A stretch of DNA of 32,000 bases from Horticoccus luteus (GCF_019464535.1 NZ_CP080507.1:1890001-1922000); one strand, 5' to 3'; counted from the first letter of the stretch, positions 9,808 to 18,912 are shown. Numbers and translations: made by a program. The notes: generated by a model not told the origin, from the letters alone.

Positions 9808-10970
9808 GGTTTCGCGTGTTCCGCGGCGGAGGATGCAGTCGGGGTGACCGGCGTTTCTGCTGCGGGCCGGCCTGAGGTGATTTGCACCTTTCGGCCCGGC
9901 AGAACGCGCAATTGCCCGTCGGTGATGACGATTTCGCCGGGCGCGAGGCCGCGAGCGATGACGGATTCGCCGTCGACGGTGCGCTCGACTTCGACCGGGC
10001 GCTCCTCCGCCGTGTGGTCGCTTTTCACGACGAAAGCGTAAGCGCCATCCTGGCTGCGTTGCACGGCGGTCGACGGCACGACGACCACGCTCGGAGTGGC
10101 GAGAGTGATGCGCACCTTGACGAACTGGCCGGGCCACAAGCGATGATCAGGGTTGTCGAAAGTGGCCTTGAGACGGAGCGTGCCCGTGGTGGCGTCGATC
10201 GTGTTATCGATGAACGTCAATTCGCCCTCGATATCCGTATCCGTCGAGCCGGCGGGGGCGGCTTCAACGTGGAGTGGACCTTCGCGACGGTAACGGCGGA
10301 TCAGAGCCAGATTCTGCTGCGGCACGGTAAATGTAACGTAGATCGGGCTCAGTTGATTGATGACCACGAGCGGCACTCCGGTGTCGCCGGCACGCACGAG
10401 ATCGCCTTCGTGCGCGCCAAGGCTGCCGGTGCGCCCGGCGATGGGCGCACGGATGGAGCAATATTCGATCAGCAGGCGAGCGTTGGCCACGGCGGCTTCG
10501 CTGGAAAGCACGCCGGCGCGCAAGGCACGCGCATTGTCGCGAATGGTCTCGAGTTGCTCTTTCGTGATCATCGCACCGGCCTTGAGTTCGCTGTAGCGCT
10601 TCACCTGCGCCTCCGCGTTGCTCAGTTGCACGCGCGTCTTTTCCAAATCGGCTTCCGCAGACCGCAGACTGTTTTCAAACGGTCGCGAATCGAGTTCGAA
10701 GAGCAGTTCGCCCGCCTTAACGTCGTCGCCTTCCTGGAAATGGATTTTCAGGAGCGTGCCGTTCGCTTGGGAGCGCACGCTGACAGTGCGGATAGGCTCC
10801 ACCGCGCCGATCGCGGGCAAGGCCAGAGGCACGGCTTTTCGCTCCGCGTGCGCGACGATGACCGGAGCTGCATCACCGCCGCGTTTTTGATCGGGCTTCC
10901 GGCCGCAACCGGCCACCAGAAGGGCGGCGCCACATAGCGACCAGCGAACGAGAGACAGACGAGAAATCAT
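9804..10970 (-). CDS. RND efflux periplasmic adaptor (membrane fusion protein), lipoprotein
   Basis: Lipobox LLVAGCG. A coiled-coil hairpin region (EADLEKTRVQLSNAEAQVKRY) is followed by barrel-sandwich and beta-barrel segments. The gene is translationally coupled to the RND permease. Confidence 0.9.
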   Translation of the reverse strand: MISRLSLVRWSLCGAALLVAGCGRKPDQKRGGDAAPVIVAHAERKAVPLALPAIGAVEPIRTVSVRSQANGTLLKIHFQEGDDVKAGELLFELDSRPFENSLRSAEADLEKTRVQLSNAEAQVKRYSELKAGAMITKEQLETIRDNARALRAGVLSSEAAVANARLLIEYCSIRAPIAGRTGSLGAHEGDLVRAGDTGVPLVVINQLSPIYVTFTVPQQNLALIRRYRREGPLHVEAAPAGSTDTDIEGELTFIDNTIDATTGTLRLKATFDNPDHRLWPGQFVKVRITLATPSVVVVPSTAVQRSQDGAYAFVVKSDHTAEERPVEVERTVDGESVIARGLAPGEIVITDGQLRVLPGRKVQITSGRPAAETPVTPTASSAAEHAKP

Positions 10971-11040
10971 GAGCGAAGACAGCGCGAAAATGAGGTGAAG
11001 ACGGAGAGACGAACCGCGGGCGTAAAAATTACCGGCCGGC

Positions 11041-11877
11041 TCATTTTGCCTGTGGCCGACGGTGGCGGAGCGAATACGCGATCATCGCCACGCCGCCGAC
11101 CACCAGGAAAATCGAGTAAAACGTCCCGCGGCTCAGGCCGAAGACGAGGCTCACACCGACATCGGGCTCGCGGAAAATCTCGCCGATGGCGCGCACCACC
11201 GCGTAGGCGATAAGAAATTCCCCGCAGAGGCGCCCGGGTGTGAGCTGGGTGATTTTGCTGCGCCAGAACCGTAGTTGCACCAACACGAATAGCAGCACGC
11301 CTTCGAGCAGTGCTTCGTAAAGCTGCGAGGGGTGGCGCGGAGGAATGAGATTGAGCGGAGTGCCCGGAGCGGCGCTCTCCGGGAAGATCACTGCCCAGCT
11401 CACGTAAGAAATCTTCCCCCACAGCTCGCCGTTGATGAAGTTGGCGATGCGGCCGAAGAAGAGGCCGAGCGGCGCGGCGGAGACGACGAGATCCGCGAGA
11501 TGAAAAAAGGAAACGCGTTCGCGCCGCGCATACCAGACGAGCGCCAGCGCCACGCCGATGAATCCGCCATGACTGGCCATGCCGCCTTCCCACACGCGGA
11601 AGAGCGCCAGCGGGTGCGTGAACAAGTCGCCCGACTGGTAGAGAAGAAAGTAGCCCAGCCGACCACCGACAAGCACGCCGATGACCAGCGCGACCATGAA
11701 ATCCCCGACTTTGGCTGCCGGCACGGCGGAGCGTCCCGCTTTTGCATAGCGCACCAGCAACCACGCCGCGGCGAGAAATCCGAGGAGGTAGGCGAGACCG
11801 TAGTAACGGATGCCGAAATTGCCGGTGAATCGCACGACGAACGGATCCCAGTGGTGCACCCAGTAAGCGAACATCAT
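11041..11877 (-). CDS. lgt: Phosphatidylglycerol--prolipoprotein diacylglyceryl transferase
   Basis: Motifs: IRYYGLAYLLGF, GGMASHGGFIG, FGRIANFINGELWG and HPSQLYEALLEG. The start was placed at the MMFAYW Met pair (11877/11874). Confidence 0.9.
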   Translation of the reverse strand: MMFAYWVHHWDPFVVRFTGNFGIRYYGLAYLLGFLAAAWLLVRYAKAGRSAVPAAKVGDFMVALVIGVLVGGRLGYFLLYQSGDLFTHPLALFRVWEGGMASHGGFIGVALALVWYARRERVSFFHLADLVVSAAPLGLFFGRIANFINGELWGKISYVSWAVIFPESAAPGTPLNLIPPRHPSQLYEALLEGVLLFVLVQLRFWRSKITQLTPGRLCGEFLIAYAVVRAIGEIFREPDVGVSLVFGLSRGTFYSIFLVVGGVAMIAYSLRHRRPQAK

Positions 11878-11984
11878 GGCGGCCGATTCGACACGAGGCG
11901 CGCGATGAGGCAAAGCACAAACGCCGTCCGCGCCTCCGGAAATCAGCCTTGCCGGTCGCGAGTTTCGCCAGACAGGCTGCGCGC

Positions 11985-13082
11985 ATGGCTGATTTGAAAC
12001 GCACGCCGCTGCGAGATTTTCACGCGGCGCATGGCGCCCGCCTCGTGGATTTCGCGGGTTGGGAAATGCCGGTGCAATACCGCTCCATTCTCGACGAGCA
12101 CAAAGCCGTGCGCCGCACCGCGGGCTTGTTCGATGTGAGCCATATGGGCGAGGTGGACGTGCGGGGTCCGGAGGCGCTCAAGTTTCTCCAACGTCTCGTG
12201 ACGAACGATGTCGCGAGTCTGTTCCCCGGCCGGGTGCTTTACTCGCCTATGTGTTACCCGACGGGCGGCACGGTCGATGACCTGCTCGTCTATCTGCGGG
12301 CGCCAAACGACTATTTTCTCTGCATCAACGCGGGCAACATCGACAAGGACCTCGCGTGGATGCGGGCGCTGGCGAGGGATTTCGAAGTGACGTTGACGGA
12401 CCGTTCGCCCGACTACGCGCTTCTCGCGGTGCAAGGACCGCAAGCCGCGGCCATCGTGCAATCGCTTACGAGCGCGAAGCTGAATCTGATCAAATACTAC
12501 CATTTTGGCGAGGGCACGGTCGCGGGCGTGCATTGTTTGCTCAGCCGCACAGGTTATACCGGGGAGGACGGTTTTGAATTGTATCATGCGGCCGGCGATG
12601 CCGTGGCGCTCGCCGAGGCCTTGTTGACCGCAGGTGCGCCTCACGGTCTGGAACTCGCAGGACTCGGCGCCCGCGACAGTCTCCGGTTGGAAGCGGGCTA
12701 TCCGCTCTATGGGCACGAGTTGAACACCGAACTCTCGCCTTTGACCGCGGGGCTGGGGTGGACCGTGAAGTTGAACAAGGCGGACGACTTCAACGGCAAG
12801 GCGGCCCTCGCGGAGGAAAAGCAGTCCGGTTCGAAGCAAAAGGTGGTCTATTTCAAGACCGGCGATCGACGGATCGTGCGGGCGGACTCACCGGTATTTT
12901 CCGCTGGCGAAGCGGTGGGCCGCGTATTGTCCGGCACGCTTTCTCCGATCCTCAATGAAGCGATCGGCTCTGCTCTGATTTCGGCGTCCGCCGTTGCGCA
13001 GCCGTTGCACGCCGACATCCGGGGCAGCGCTGTGCAGCTGACATTGGTCAAGCCGCCGTTCGTGCCGTTGAAGAAGACCTGA
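11985..13082 (+). CDS. gcvT: Glycine cleavage system aminomethyltransferase (T protein)
   Basis: Motifs: [36 protein letters not shown] and [10 protein letters not shown]. It is 365 aa from the MADLKRT start. Confidence 0.95.
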   Translation: MADLKRTPLRDFHAAHGARLVDFAGWEMPVQYRSILDEHKAVRRTAGLFDVSHMGEVDVRGPEALKFLQRLVTNDVASLFPGRVLYSPMCYPTGGTVDDLLVYLRAPNDYFLCINAGNIDKDLAWMRALARDFEVTLTDRSPDYALLAVQGPQAAAIVQSLTSAKLNLIKYYHFGEGTVAGVHCLLSRTGYTGEDGFELYHAAGDAVALAEALLTAGAPHGLELAGLGARDSLRLEAGYPLYGHELNTELSPLTAGLGWTVKLNKADDFNGKAALAEEKQSGSKQKVVYFKTGDRRIVRADSPVFSAGEAVGRVLSGTLSPILNEAIGSALISASAVAQPLHADIRGSAVQLTLVKPPFVPLKKT

Positions 13083-13141
13083 GGCCGCGACTTGCATCAG
13101 CTCCTTAAGTTTGAGACGCCTAACCCGTAACCTTTCGCACC

Positions 13142-13525
13142 ATGAGCAACACGCCTTCCGATCTCCGCTACGCCAAATCGCACGAATGGGTGCGTCTCGA
13201 AAGTGACGGCACGGCAGTGATCGGCATCACTGATTACGCACAAAACTCGCTCGGCGATATCACGTATGTGCAACTCCCCAAGGTCGGCGCTACGCTCAAC
13301 GCGGGCGAGGCGTTCGGGGTGGTCGAAAGCGTCAAAGCGGCGAGCGATGTTTATTTGCCCATCAGCGGCACGGTGCTGGCGGTGAACGAAACCCTGAACA
13401 GTGCACCCGAGACACTGAACACCGAGCCCTATGGCGCGGGATGGATCCTGAAACTCAAGCCCGTCGACGCAGCGCAGGCGAACTCATTGATGGACGCCGC
13501 TGCCTACGCTCAGGCGAACGTCTGA
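13142..13525 (+). CDS. gcvH: Glycine cleavage system H protein
   Basis: Motifs: [15 protein letters not shown] and the lipoyl-lysine motif [11 protein letters not shown]. It is 127 aa. Confidence 0.95.
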   Translation: MSNTPSDLRYAKSHEWVRLESDGTAVIGITDYAQNSLGDITYVQLPKVGATLNAGEAFGVVESVKAASDVYLPISGTVLAVNETLNSAPETLNTEPYGAGWILKLKPVDAAQANSLMDAAAYAQANV

Positions 13526-13603
13526 GCGGGAGTCGGACGATCCTTGGCGGTTGATTGTCGCCTTGCGTCACGCGTGGCGCGCGGAGTCAAACTGCTCGCG
13601 ACC

Positions 13604-14263
13604 ATGCCTCATTCTCTCATTGTTTTCGATTGTGACAGCACGTTGAGCGCCATCGAGGGCGTCGATGAACTCGGGCGGAAGCGCGGGCCTGAGGTGCTGG
13701 CGGCGGTCGAGGCGATGACGAACGATGCCATGGAGGGGCGGCTCGCGGTGGAGGCGGTGTTCGGGCGGCGCCTCGAAATTATCCGGCCGCGGCGCGATGA
13801 CGTGGCGGCCGTTGGCCAGCAATATATCGCCACGATCGAGCCCACGGCCATCGCCACGATCTCCGCGCTGGCTGCGCGCGGGTGGACGTCGGTTATCGTC
13901 AGCGGCGGTTTTCGCCAGGCAATCGCGCCACTGGCGGGCGCGCTCGGTGTGGCCCGCGTCGAAGCCGTCGATCTGTTTTTTGATGAGCGCGGGGAGTATC
14001 GCGATTTTGATCGCACCTTTCCGACGGCCCGGTCCGGCGGCAAGGCGGAGATCATGACTCGGCTTTGCGCGGAATTGGCGCCCCGCCGCGCGGTGATGGT
14101 GGGCGATGGGGTGAGCGACCTCGAAGCTAAACCGGTATGCGACTTGTTCGTCGGCTTCGGACGTTATGTCCAAAGAGCGCGGGTTAAAAAAGAAGCCGGC
14201 GCGTGGATCACGTCGTTGGATGCACTCGTGCCGCTGTTGGCCGAAAAATTTGGCGGGAAATAA
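13604..14263 (+). CDS. serB: HAD-IB phosphoserine phosphatase-like hydrolase (short, PSPH-type, no ACT domain)
   Basis: HAD motif I FDCDST, motif II VSGG, and motif III K...GDGVSD. The overall layout (EGVDEL..., IRPRR..., FGFG...) resembles short PSPH-type phosphoserine phosphatases as I recall them. The start is at MPHSLIVFDCDST. Confidence 0.7.
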   Translation: MPHSLIVFDCDSTLSAIEGVDELGRKRGPEVLAAVEAMTNDAMEGRLAVEAVFGRRLEIIRPRRDDVAAVGQQYIATIEPTAIATISALAARGWTSVIVSGGFRQAIAPLAGALGVARVEAVDLFFDERGEYRDFDRTFPTARSGGKAEIMTRLCAELAPRRAVMVGDGVSDLEAKPVCDLFVGFGRYVQRARVKKEAGAWITSLDALVPLLAEKFGGK

Positions 14264-14325
14264 TTCTGCCGCGCGAGAGGGCTGATGCGCTTGCCAGCGC
14301 TTCCATCGCGCTTTTGCGTGACGCG

Positions 14326-15849
14326 ATGTTCTCCCCGCCAACGTCTCGCGTCCTGGGTCTCGCTGGTGCGTTGCTGGTCTCCGTGAGCGCGAACGCGGCG
14401 GAAGCGACGGCGGGTGCGTTTCCCCGGCCTCTCGACAGCTACATGGATCCGGCGGGGAACCTGTGGCAGGTGCTGGTCGCGCGGGTGCACGCTGAACCGT
14501 TCAATGCGGTCGCGGCGCTCATCTTTCTGCTGGCAATCGTCCACACGTTTTTAGCGGGTCGCTTTCGCCATTGGGCCCACGTGGTTGAAGAGAGGCATGC
14601 CCATCGGATCATTCATGCCGCACCTGCCACCAAAGCGTCGCTCGACGAGGACGGGCGGCCGATCGAAGTCAGTTTCTGGGGGCAAGTGCTTCATTTTCTT
14701 GGCGAGGTCGAGGCCGTGTTTGGCATCTGGGGCATCGTGCTGATGGTCGCGATTGGATCGATGAAGGGTTGGACTACGGCGGTCGACTACGTGGGGCATA
14801 AGGTGAATTTCACCGAGGCGATGTTTGTCGTCGTGATCATGGCGATGGCTTCCACGCGACCGGTGCTGCGTTGCGCGGAGAAATGCCTGCAGGCGGTGGC
14901 GAATCTGGGGAAGCGAACGACCGGTGCGTGGTGGCTGACGATCCTGATCATCGCGCCCGTTTTGGGGTCGTTTATCACGGAGCCGGCGGCGATGACAATC
15001 GGCGCGCTGCTGCTCGCGCAGCGGTTTTACGCGCTGCAACCCTCGCGGCGTTTTTGCTACGCGACTCTGGGATTGCTCTTCGTCAACGTCTCCGTCGGTG
15101 GGACAATGACGCATTTCGCGGCGCCGCCGGTGCTGATGGTCGCCGGACCGTGGGGCTGGGATATGCCGTTTATGTTTCTGCATTTTGGCTGGAAAGCGCT
15201 GACCGGAATCGTCGCCGCGACACTGCTGTATTACTTCATTTTCCGTCGGGAATTGGCGGTCTTGGAGCAACGGCGAGCGGAGGCGGAAGCGAAGGCGGCG
15301 GCAGCCACGGCCGAAGTGCGCATCCCCGGCTGGATCACGGTCGTGCAACTCGGCTTCATGGCGCTGGCGGTGTCGGTCGCGCACTATCCGGCGCTGTTTG
15401 TGGCGGCGTTTCTCTTCTTCCTCGCGTTCGGGCAGGCGACGGCGCACCACCAGAACCGTCTCGATTTGCGAGCGCCGCTGTTGGTCGGTTTCTTTCTCGC
15501 CGGACTGGTCGTGCACGGAGGGTTGCAGGGTTGGTGGATTTCGCCGGTGTTGAGCAGCTTGGCGGAGTTGCCGCTTTTCATCGGCGCGACGGTTTTGACG
15601 GCGTTTAACGACAACGCGGCGATCACTTATCTGGCGACGTTGGTCCCCGACTTCACGGATGCGTTGAAATACGCGGTCGTGGCGGGCGCGGTGACGGGCG
15701 GGGGCTTGACGGTGATCGCCAACGCGCCGAATCCCGCGGGGCAAAATATTCTGCAGCGTTATTTCCCGGAAGGTATTTCGCCGCTGGGGTTGCTCGCCGG
15801 CGCCGTGGCGCCGACCGCGATTCTGGGCGCGTGCTTCATCCTGCTCTGA
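14326..15849 (+). CDS. Polytopic membrane transporter, ion-transporter superfamily (putative Na+/H+ antiporter-like family)
   Basis: Signal-like N-terminus MFSPPTSRVLGLAGALLVSVSANA, at least 10 hydrophobic segments, FITEPAAMT, and GGGLTVIANAPNPAG, which resembles ArsB/NhaD-type permease loops. Substrate assignment is weak. Confidence 0.7.
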   Translation: MFSPPTSRVLGLAGALLVSVSANAAEATAGAFPRPLDSYMDPAGNLWQVLVARVHAEPFNAVAALIFLLAIVHTFLAGRFRHWAHVVEERHAHRIIHAAPATKASLDEDGRPIEVSFWGQVLHFLGEVEAVFGIWGIVLMVAIGSMKGWTTAVDYVGHKVNFTEAMFVVVIMAMASTRPVLRCAEKCLQAVANLGKRTTGAWWLTILIIAPVLGSFITEPAAMTIGALLLAQRFYALQPSRRFCYATLGLLFVNVSVGGTMTHFAAPPVLMVAGPWGWDMPFMFLHFGWKALTGIVAATLLYYFIFRRELAVLEQRRAEAEAKAAAATAEVRIPGWITVVQLGFMALAVSVAHYPALFVAAFLFFLAFGQATAHHQNRLDLRAPLLVGFFLAGLVVHGGLQGWWISPVLSSLAELPLFIGATVLTAFNDNAAITYLATLVPDFTDALKYAVVAGAVTGGGLTVIANAPNPAGQNILQRYFPEGISPLGLLAGAVAPTAILGACFILL

Positions 15850-15867
15850 CGCTTGCCGCGCAACGGG

Positions 15868-17193
15868 CTAGGCCGGAAGTCGCAGGGTGGCGACCGAACC
15901 GGGGGCATCGGAGCGGTTCGCCAGCGTGAGGGTGCCGCCGTGGTTTTCGGCGATCTGGCGGCAAAGCACGAGACCGATGCCGGAGCCGCTGGGTTTGGTC
16001 GTGAAAAACGGAACGAACAGATTCGATGCGTTGGCCACGCCGGGGCCGTCATCCTCGACGGTGAGTTCGACGCGGTGAGATTGTTTCGTCCACGCGATGC
16101 GCACGCCGCCACCGGTTTCGCTGACGGCGTCGACGGCGTTTTTGATCAAGTTGATGAGCACTTGTTCGATTTGGGCAGCGTCGCACGCGACCTGAATCGC
16201 GGGGCCGCCCACCACGTGCACGGGATGGCGTAGTTCGAGGGCAACGACGCGGTGCACGAGAGCCAGGAGCGAACAGGGCGCGAGGTTGGGTTGAGGAAGT
16301 TTGGCGAGCCGTGCGTAGGCCTGCATGAAGCGGCTCAAACCATCCGCGCGTGTTTCGATGATCTCCAGGCCCGCGCGCATATCCGTTTCCCAATCGGCGG
16401 GGCGTTGCGCGTGTTTGAGAATCGCGCCGAGGCTGCCGGCGATGGATTTGATCGGGGCGAGGGAATTGTTTAACTCGTGGCCGAGCACGCGGACGAGGCG
16501 TTGCCAGGCTTTCGTTTCCTCCTCGCGCAGCGCGCGGCTCAGGTCGGCGATGACGATGAGGTGATGGGGACGCCCGCCTTCACGGAAGAGGCTGCGTCGC
16601 ATTCCCCAGCGACCCGGATGGCCCGGAAAGCTGGTGCTCAGGACGCGTGCCGGATCGCCATTCAACCACTCTTCGAGGCCAAGTTCGCGGGCGTTGCGAC
16701 CGAGAATGCGTTCAGCGGGCTTATCGAGCAGGATTTGCGCGGAATGGTTGGCGAGCCGGAGCGCGCCGTCCTGATCGAAGGCGAAAATCGCGACATCGAT
16801 TTCTTCCATCACCGTGCGCAGAAGAGCGGTCGCCTCCAACGCGCCGAGGCGTTGCTCCTGCAAGGTGCGGCTGAGGGTATTGATCTCCGTCATCACGTCG
16901 CCGAGCGGTTCGTCGCGCCGGGCACCGCGCGCACGCACGGAGAAATCGCCTTCGCGCAACGCGGAGAGGAGATTGGCCATGGTTTGCAACGGCCGCACGA
17001 CGCGGCTCTTGACGGCACCGGCGAAGCCCAGCCACGAACCAGCGACGATGAGGGTGAGCGTCCATTGCACCTTGGGCGTGAAATCACCCGTCCACAACAG
17101 GGCGAGCGAGACCACGACGCCGGGGAGGCCGGCGAGCAAGGCGGTGGCAAAGACCGATTCGTCGTGCGAAAAACGCCGGTAGGATTTGGCCAT
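15868..17193 (-). CDS. Sensor histidine kinase (2 TM-HAMP-PAS-HisKA-HATPase; NtrY/AtoS-like)
   Basis: Two N-terminal TM segments. HAMP (VVRPLQTMANLLSALREGDFSVR), a PAS-like region, H-box GHELNNSLAPIKS, N-box LINLIKNAVDA, G1 DDGPGV and G2 GSGIGLVL are all present. Confidence 0.9.
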   Translation of the reverse strand: MAKSYRRFSHDESVFATALLAGLPGVVVSLALLWTGDFTPKVQWTLTLIVAGSWLGFAGAVKSRVVRPLQTMANLLSALREGDFSVRARGARRDEPLGDVMTEINTLSRTLQEQRLGALEATALLRTVMEEIDVAIFAFDQDGALRLANHSAQILLDKPAERILGRNARELGLEEWLNGDPARVLSTSFPGHPGRWGMRRSLFREGGRPHHLIVIADLSRALREEETKAWQRLVRVLGHELNNSLAPIKSIAGSLGAILKHAQRPADWETDMRAGLEIIETRADGLSRFMQAYARLAKLPQPNLAPCSLLALVHRVVALELRHPVHVVGGPAIQVACDAAQIEQVLINLIKNAVDAVSETGGGVRIAWTKQSHRVELTVEDDGPGVANASNLFVPFFTTKPSGSGIGLVLCRQIAENHGGTLTLANRSDAPGSVATLRLPA

Positions 17194-17230
17194 GGCCGGA
17201 CGGGGCGTTCAGGCGGGCGAGCGCGCGAAC

Positions 17231-18598
17231 TTACAGGCCGTATTTTTCCAGCCGGCGATAAAACGCGCTGCGGCTCAGCCCCAGTTCCTCGGCAGCGCGG
17301 CGGGCGTTGCCGTCGCAACGCGCGAGCGTTTTTTTGATGAGAAACGCTTCGACCTCTTCGAGGCTCATGTCGTCGAGGCGTGGTGCGGCGTGGCCGGCTT
17401 GCAGGCCAAGATCAGGAGCGCGGACGACCTTGCTCTGCGCCATCAAGACGGCGCGTTCGACGGCGTGGTCGAGTTCGCGAACATTTCCCGGCCAGCCATA
17501 ATTGCGCATCGCTTCGATGGCGCTCGGGTCGAAGCCCGTGATGCCTTTGCGGTAGCGTTCGACGTGGGCTTTCAAGAAATGTTGCGCGAGCAACTCGATG
17601 TCTTCGCGCCGTTCCCGCAGGGGCGGGAGATGAAGATGAATGGTGTTGAGGCGGAAGAGCAGATCCTGGCGGAATTTACCGCTGGCGACTTCGGCGGGGA
17701 GGTCGGAATTGGTGGCGGAGACAAGGCGAACGTTGGCGCGATAGGTCTTGGAGGATCCGACGCGTTCGAATTCCCCGGTCTCGATCGTGCGGAGAATTTT
17801 CGCCTGCTGGCTAAGCGGGATGTTGCCGATTTCGTCCATGAACAGCGTGCCGCCGTCCGCCAGTTCGAAGCGCCCGGCGCGATCGTTTTTGGCGTCGGTG
17901 AACGCGCCGCGGATGTGGCCGAAGAGTTCGCTCTCGAAAACGCCTTCCGGGAGACCGCCCATGTTGACGGAAATAAACGGCCGGGCGGCGCGAACAGAGA
18001 CCGCATGCAGCGCCTGCGCGACGAGGCCTTTACCGGTGCCGTTTTCACCCGTGATGAGAACGTTGGCATCGGACGGACCGACGCGGGCGATCATATCGAG
18101 CACGGGCCGCATGGCCGCCGATTGCGCGATGAGATTCGGGCCGCTTTTTCCACGAAGAAGCTGGTTTTCCTGTTCCAGTCGCTTGTAAGCGCGGACGGCG
18201 CTGCCCAATTCGATTTGGTTTTTGACGATCGCGAGCAGGCGGGCGTTGTCCCAAGGCTTGGTGATGAAATCTTTGGCCCCGCGCCGCATCGCTTCCACCG
18301 CGAGGTCCACGCTGGCCCAAGCGGTCATGACGACGACCGGGAGCGCGGCATCCGCCGACTGCAGTTTGGAAATCAGATCGAGACCTTCCTGGCCGCTCGT
18401 GGTGTCGCGCGTGTAATTGAGGTCGACGAGGGCGAGCGCAAAGTCGCGCGACTCGACGGCCTTGATCACCGCCGCCGGCGATTTTACCGTTTCGAGTTGG
18501 TAGCCCTCCGATTTCAACAGGAGCCGAAGTGCTTCGAGCACGTCGGTCTGATCGTCAGCAATGAGAATGCGGGGCGCGGAGTTATCCGTGGCGACCAT
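17231..18598 (-). CDS. Sigma-54-dependent response regulator (NtrC family bacterial enhancer-binding protein)
   Basis: Receiver (ILIADDQ...LALVDLNY...KP), AAA+ Walker A GENGTGKG, loop-1 GAFTDA (variant of GAFTGA), Walker B GGTLFMDEIG, RQDLLFRLN, and a C-terminal Fis-type HTH (ELGLSRSAFYRRLEKYGL). Confidence 0.92.
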   Translation of the reverse strand: MVATDNSAPRILIADDQTDVLEALRLLLKSEGYQLETVKSPAAVIKAVESRDFALALVDLNYTRDTTSGQEGLDLISKLQSADAALPVVVMTAWASVDLAVEAMRRGAKDFITKPWDNARLLAIVKNQIELGSAVRAYKRLEQENQLLRGKSGPNLIAQSAAMRPVLDMIARVGPSDANVLITGENGTGKGLVAQALHAVSVRAARPFISVNMGGLPEGVFESELFGHIRGAFTDAKNDRAGRFELADGGTLFMDEIGNIPLSQQAKILRTIETGEFERVGSSKTYRANVRLVSATNSDLPAEVASGKFRQDLLFRLNTIHLHLPPLRERREDIELLAQHFLKAHVERYRKGITGFDPSAIEAMRNYGWPGNVRELDHAVERAVLMAQSKVVRAPDLGLQAGHAAPRLDDMSLEEVEAFLIKKTLARCDGNARRAAEELGLSRSAFYRRLEKYGL

Positions 18599-18642
18599 AC
18601 GAGAGTTAGCGATGGGAGGTCAGGGAGAGTCAAGCGGTGGAC

Positions 18643-18876
18643 TCAGGCAGCGAGGCGATGGGCAGCGTAGGCGGGTCGGACGCTGGCAGACGGATTCGCT
18701 GGAGCGAGCGGAAGCGGTGCGATCTTCCGATAGTCGCGCGCCAACATGGCAAGGAGCGCGGCGGCCACGAAGCAGCTAATGGCCGCGAGCGGATGAGCAG
18801 TCGCGGCCGAAGCGATGACGATCGCAGCCGTGCTGATGGCGAGATTGAGAGCAATGTGTTTGGCGCTGGTTTTCAT
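18643..18876 (-). CDS. Small hypothetical membrane protein (77 aa, two predicted TM helices, Pro/Ala-rich tail)
   Basis: Third codon positions are mostly G/C. Two hydrophobic stretches are present (IALNLAISTAAIVIASAATA and LAAISCFVAAALLAMLA). It sits 21 nt downstream of a sigma-54 promoter and 44 nt upstream of the activator gene, on the same strand. No homology is recognised. Confidence 0.5.
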   Translation of the reverse strand: MKTSAKHIALNLAISTAAIVIASAATAHPLAAISCFVAAALLAMLARDYRKIAPLPLAPANPSASVRPAYAAHRLAA

Positions 18877-18897
18877 GATTGATGTTCACGTGTTATC

Positions 18898-18912
18898 GCA
18901 GTCGCCGTGCCA
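18898..18912 (-). promoter_or_regulatory. Sigma-54 (-24/-12) promoter
   Basis: The minus strand reads cT-TGGCACG-GCGA-CTGC-g against the consensus YTGGCACG-N4-TTGCW. The -24 element matches 7/7, and the GG and GC dinucleotides have the canonical spacing. The only mismatches are T->C at the first -12 position and the trailing W. Confidence 0.65.

Noticed and set aside
9808-10137. The 110-aa N-terminal extension of the RND permease ORF. Similar upstream extensions exist for rpoN (to 22694), kbl (to 28442), hisS (from 25229), gcvT (from 11949), dgt (from 30266) and the transporter (from 14203).
   Set aside because: The extensions are Arg/Pro-rich and overlap neighbouring genes or terminators. 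They precede internal Met codons that align exactly with canonical family N-termini, such as MSVPEFFIRRP, MSGPGFSQDLRQ and MTSTFRQHL.
11878-11984. A possible glycine riboswitch in the 107-nt spacer upstream of gcvT.
   Set aside because: I could not find the conserved glycine-aptamer cores (GGAGAG ... ACCGAAGGGGCAA-like segments). The spacer is also short for even a single aptamer plus an expression platform. An Infernal scan with the glycine riboswitch model would settle it.
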